Part shown: positions 58,821 through 64,000 of the stretch, piece after piece
How positions within the stretch are numbered: the first letter of the stretch is position 1
How the letters are laid out: every line of letters starts with the position of its first letter
From: an uncultured Verrucomicrobiae bacterium
Lineage (GTDB): Bacteria; Verrucomicrobiota; Verrucomicrobiia; Limisphaerales; JAFGQR01
Assembly (NCBI GenBank): GCA_963788655.1
Contig: CAWBHS010000087.1
Coordinates: forward strand, 128,001 to 192,000
DNA length: 64,000 nt
Direction: 5' to 3'
The notes under the pieces: model-generated
The model's database searches: none
Seen by the model: only the letters and a program-made list of their open reading frames with translations
Told to the model about the DNA's origin: nothing
Program-made: the position numbers and the translations under genes

Positions 58821-61800
58821 CTACCGCCGGAGACGATAGAATCTTTGAGTGCCGGTCGGATTCAAGGGCAGACCATTGAATCCGCCCAGGCACTTCGATG
58901 TAGGGGCCGGCGGGATCGGTGGCTTCTTCGGGCACGCCGGTGCCGGTCCACATCAGGCACAGTCCGGCGGCCGGGTTCGCGGGATTGAGTCGTAGAGAAA
59001 AGATACGGACGGGTGCCGCGGGCGGGATCGTACTCGGCGAGGAGTTGCAGGCCGAACAGACAGTCCGCGCTGGCCGTGCCGTAAGGGTGCAGCTCGCTGG
59101 CAATTACATTGGCGCCGGCTTGGATCATGGAGGGCGGCACGTTGGTGGACGCCAGCACCGCGTCACCGTCAGAACCCGCATTGGTCGCAAAAGAAACGCA
59201 GACCGTCGGCCATCTTGAAGCGGAACGCCTCGGTGCCATTGAAGTAGCACACCAAACCGTCGTCGATTACGTGATTGACCACCAACTCCGCGCCGGGCGG
59301 CAAACTGCCTCGGGTCCAATCAAAGCGGCTGCGCAAATAGACTGTGTTTTGCGGTCGCAGAGTGGTTTGAATCGGCGAGGGAAGGGCGTTCAAAATCAAA
59401 GGATTATCTTCAAAGCCCAAAAGCCCCGGGCCGGTTGGCCAAGTCGTGTCGTCAAAAGCGGCGTTGAACCAAGCGAGGCCATCGTAGTTGTCCGCGGTCG
59501 TGCGGGCATCGTCGTAACGCCACGGGGAATCCCAATCGAGCAAGACCAGTTGCTCGACGATGGGCAAGCCCTCCGGCATCAGGACCGGGTGGGGAGAGGC
59601 TGCGGTGTCGGTGACGCCGGTAGTGACATACACGAAGTAAGGAGTTCCGAACGTCAGGGAAGTAGCCAGAGTCAGCTTCACGGTAGCTGGCGCCACCAAT
59701 ACGGCGGCCTCGATGGCGACCAACTGAAACTCCGGCGTCAACGTGTAAAGGACGTAGTTTTTGGCAGGTTCGGCACCGGCGGCCGCCAGGGGGTGGTCGA
59801 ATTCCAACTCGAGGGAGTTGAGGCTGCCGGTCGAGCGCGACACCGCCGACAGCAGGTGAGTCGGCTTGCCTCCGCTGATGACCCGCAACACTGAATCTGA
59901 ACTGGTGATGGTGCTGGGCACGTCATTGCTGACGACGCACCGATAAACGCCGGCATCCGCAGGCCGGGCGGTTGTGATCGTGTAGGCGCTTTGGTTGGCT
60001 CCTGGAATATCCTCACCGTCCTTCTGCCATCGGTACTGGGGATCGGTGCCCGACACCGCGACCGAAATCGAAACCGGGTCGCCTTCAGCCACGATTTGCG
60101 ATGGCACCGGCTGTTGCTGCATGGATAATGGGACCGGCGTTAGGGTGCCCAACCAATCAACCGCCAACCGTGGACGAGTGTCGATGAGCGCTCCTTCGGA
60201 GGAACCAAACATATACCCATCCGTGCGGTGATTGATCAGGCCCCAGCCGTAGTTGGGTGCCCCATTGGCCCAGGCTTGGACAGAGGCGGTCACGTCGATA
60301 TCGATGAATTCACCGACAGTAAACGGACTGATCGTGGCAACGGCCGGTTCGACGATATCGTTGGTGATACCGTCACCGCCAAGGGTATTCCAAGTGTCGT
60401 CCAGGGTCCAAGCAGTCGCCATCTGATACAAGGAAACGTCATCGCCGTTGTTCGTGGTGTACAGGCGCAAGGTGGCCGAGTAAATGGTGGCTCCCGCCTC
60501 GACCTGGCCAGGGTTGCTGCCAAAGAGGCCGTCAAAGCGCAGCAACCCATGGCTGACCGGAGACTCGCCATCGGTCAAGACCACAGGACGGTCACCAAAG
60601 GTGGCATCTGGTTCTGCGGCACTAACGTACGTATCTTCCGTTCCCGTATATCCATTGACTCCCTGCTGAAAGCCCGTTGCTGTTGCTATAGAAATATGGT
60701 TCGGATACAGCGCATTGCCGGCTGGATCCGTTACGTTGTTGATCGTAAGGGTGGACCCACTGGGCAAAGGATCGGCCGTCTTGATGGTGGCCACCGTGTT
60801 ACTAACCGAGAGGGTCACCGCCACAACGCCATTGACGGGCGCAATAACATAATTTGTAGGGTTGGCAGCTTCCTGAGCGTCCACGCCTTCCGAGAAGATG
60901 ACGTCGACGGTGGTTTCGTCGAATTGACGTACGGCGGAAATGATCATGGGCGCGGTGGTATCTGCGATTACTTCCACAGTGATGACCGGGCTGTTGGTCG
61001 AATTGCCGATGGCATCCGTAGCTCGCAGATAATAGTCTCCCGCGTTCGCCAGTGTCGCCCTGGTCACCTGGTACGAACTGGTGGTGGCCTCCGGGTCAGC
61101 CACGCCGTCATGGAACCACTGAAACTGTGGATCAAGCCCAATGACCCCAAATGTTAGATTGAAGGCATCTCCCTGCGCGACCACTAGATGATTCGTTGCC
61201 GGAACGGATACAATGGCGACCGTCGCCACGGGCGGCAGGATCGCTAGAATTTGCGCGCCAAACACATTGTCCGAACTGGTCGTGGCGACGGCATGGAGGT
61301 CTGCGGCGACGATGTTATTGCCCTGGTGAAGCAGGCTGAGCGGTAATAGATTCGTTGCCACCACGGTCTCATCGCTGAAACCAAAATCATCCGCCAGAGT
61401 CGTGTGAGTCATTGTGACCGGCGCCGGCGGCATCTTGTAACGGAAGGCCTCGGTGCCATTGACATGGAACACTACGCCGTCATCAACCGTATGGCGAAAC
61501 TCAAGCTGCACCGCGGGATCCACGGCGCCGGGCGCGAACGGCCAGTGCACGTCGGTTTTGCGGTAATAGGACGTGAATTGATTCGCGATGACCTCGGTGT
61601 TGATGGCGCCGGCATTGGTCGTCAGATAGGTGATGGTATCGGTTGTGGTTTCCAAGCCCAGGAGGCCCGGGCCTGAAGCCCAAAGAGAATCGTCATAAGC
61701 CGGATCATAAAAGGGCGGAACCACGGTCAGCAGGTCGGTGTCCGAGGCTTCGTATTTCCATGCGGCGTCCCAATCGGCAATTATGAGGACACTGGTCACC

Positions 61801-64000
61801 TCCAAAGTGATCGGTTGGGGAATGAAATTACCGAAGACATCGGCGACTCCCGTCACGGTCACGCCGTACCGTTGGCCAAATGGAGCGTTGACGGTGAACT
61901 GCACGGTGCTGGCATTGACCATCGTCGGGTTCGACAACGAAACTGCTGGTGACAGCATGTAATTGGCCGGGTTCAGTGAGGTAGGAGGATCCATCGGTTT
62001 ACTGAACTGTGCCGTCAGCGTGGTCAGCGCAGTGCCGCCTGCCCCGGAAGCCGAGGCCGAGATCACTGCCGGAGGTTCGCCTGGTAAGACGGTCACGGCA
62101 ATTACCGGGCTGTTGGTCGAGCTGGGAAAGTCATTCGTGACCTGAAGAAAGTAATCCCCGGAATCGCTTACTCTGGCCATCGTGCGGGCGAGGGTTGCCG
62201 AAGTTTCTTCCGGCAGTGCCACGTCGTCCTTGAACCACAACAAGTGCGGGTTCGAACCATACACTTGAAACGTGATCGCGAACGAATTGCCCTCGTTCAC
62301 AACAATGTGGTTGGTGGACGGGACCGCCGTGATTTCCACTGGCAGGTTCGTGACGGCGGAATCCCAATCGATGATCAACGCCGGACGCCACTCACGGGTG
62401 GCATTTTCTGAAGTTGGCCAATCGAACCCTCCGTCGGAGCCCGTGCCGGAATTGATCAGGACCCAGCCGTAGTTGGGTTGACCGTCAGCCCAGTTCCGGA
62501 CCGAACTGGAAACGTCCACATCGACGTAACTGTACGGCGGGTGCGGATCGAAGGCGACCACGCTGGCGGCCTCGGCTTCGATGTCGTTGGTGGCCACGCC
62601 GCCATCCAGCGAATTCCAGGTGGAGGAGCTGTCCCAGGACACCCGCATGTTGTGCAGCGCGATGTCGAACCCTGGGTCCTCAACGTAAAACCGCAAGATC
62701 GCTACGTTGATGCGGGCGCCAAAGGGGACTTGGTTGGCAGCTTTGCCAAAGAGGTTGTCAAACCGGATCAGACCCTGGGAATAGGGCATGCTATTGTCGG
62801 TCGTCAGGATGTCATCCGTACCGTGGCTGATGTCAGGATAATCGGCTTCGATCTCGGTATCCACCGTCCCGGCGTAGCCGTCCAGGCCCTGCTGAAATAA
62901 GTAAATCGTGGGAATTTGGACCGGCACCACCGCCAGGCCCGCCAGCGGATTGCCGGCCAGATCTTGCACGTCAATGACGCCCAGCACATAAGGCTGGTCC
63001 ACGTCCGGAGGCATGGTGGTGGTCAGCACCACCTGGCTAAATCCGCCGTTGGTAAACACCAGCGGTTCGGTTGGCAGCACCGTCAGACAATCCGTCCAAC
63101 CGCTATCCGTGCAGACAGCATACTTCATCCGGTCCAGGGCGTTGGTATCCATCTCTTCGGAAAACGTCACGATGATGTTGGTGCGATTCACCTGGCGCAC
63201 CGCGGACAACACGGTAGGAGCATTGGTATCCGGCAAAACACTCACCGTGACCGGAATACTGGTGATGCTATTCGTGGGATTGGACACCACCACGTAATAA
63301 GGCCCCGCATCCAAAAACAGAGCGCGCTCGACAAAATAGGTCGAAGTAATGGCTCCAGAAATGGGGCTGCCCGAATCCGGAGTGCCACGGTACCATTGGA
63401 ACTGCGGGGCGGTGCCGGCCACCGCAACGCTCAAGCTAAACGGATGATTCTCGCACGACGTTCGTGGACATCGGTGGCTGCGTCATCACAATCTCCTCGG
63501 TCGGGCTGTACCTCACTTCGGACAGTTCGATGGCTTCCAGGGCATAGCAATACGTGTTTTCAACTGTGGCCGTCCCACCACCCGCCTTCGGCACGGGCGC
63601 GCCGCTGGCGACCAGCGTGTGGTAGTTCGAACAAATCACCGAAAACGACGTGCCCTCCGGTATGATGCGATCCCAACCGATTACGTCACCCATCCGGTTT
63701 TCGCCGGCGTTAAACGCCGCCTGCAAGTCGGGGATCATCGCGTCGCCGTAAGGGGCCCAGCCGTTGGTGATAATCCCGGGAGATCCCGTGCCCGTCAAAT
63801 GGACCGGTACGGCGCTGCTGGCGCCTTGCAAGGTGACCAGCGTCCAACGGCCCGCATACTGATTTCCCCGCACCATGGTGCCCCGGAACGAATACGTAGC
63901 TCCCGGTGTAAGATTGGTAAACATGAACGTGACCGCCGCATCGTAAGGATTGGCGGCAAAATAGAACGCGCTGGTGTCCCAGTCGATCTTCCCCCCAAAG
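58821..64000 (-). CDS. paralog of 52454-58339 (5' end beyond the window; frameshifts near 63445 and several in 58885-59200)
   Basis: Shares the FTNL.PG..Y.FRGT..RGN.YAGRW..SPGIITNGWAPYG..NAGENR.GD.IGWD domain, Ig and DNRLRE-like modules; corrected frame ends TQRFYRLRR at TAG 58821-58823. Confidence 0.85.

Noticed and set aside
1..64000. tRNA, rRNA, riboswitch, prophage or intact transposase genes
   Set aside because: None recognised by eye; covariance-model scans were not possible, so small RNAs cannot be excluded.

Overview
GC-rich bacterial chromosomal window. Gene content and repeat types suggest Verrucomicrobiota, probably Pedosphaera/Limisphaera-like; this is inference. In order it contains: the 3' part of a UvrD/PcrA helicase; pncA; an integron-type cassette array (attI-like site, candidate promoter, four attC-like sites, no integrase gene in the window); gcvT-gcvH; and a GH140-like glycosidase. 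Next is a minus-strand operon encoding a Cys-rich repeat surface protein, a FecR/TPR/beta-barrel receptor and a CHASE2 adenylate/guanylate cyclase. After that come a ~2500-aa CotH-kinase/lamin-tail protein, a sugar-degradation block (two Tat oxidoreductases, a heparinase II/III-like protein, two double esterases, an aldo/keto reductase), orphan response regulators, a DUF2760-like + Hsp70 + Hsp70 operon, and three more very large secreted proteins. Main leads: (1) a shared C-terminal 'FYR' domain on all five giant secreted proteins, a candidate sorting signal; (2) the small gene before the Hsp70 pair looks like a divergent GrpE, suggesting a dedicated chaperone-like ATPase machine; (3) the integrase-less cassette array; (4) MITE-like shells with 3-bp TNA flanks that carry different REP doublets. 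Several large genes have single-base frameshifts that may be assembly errors. All family assignments come from motif recognition by eye; no searches were run.
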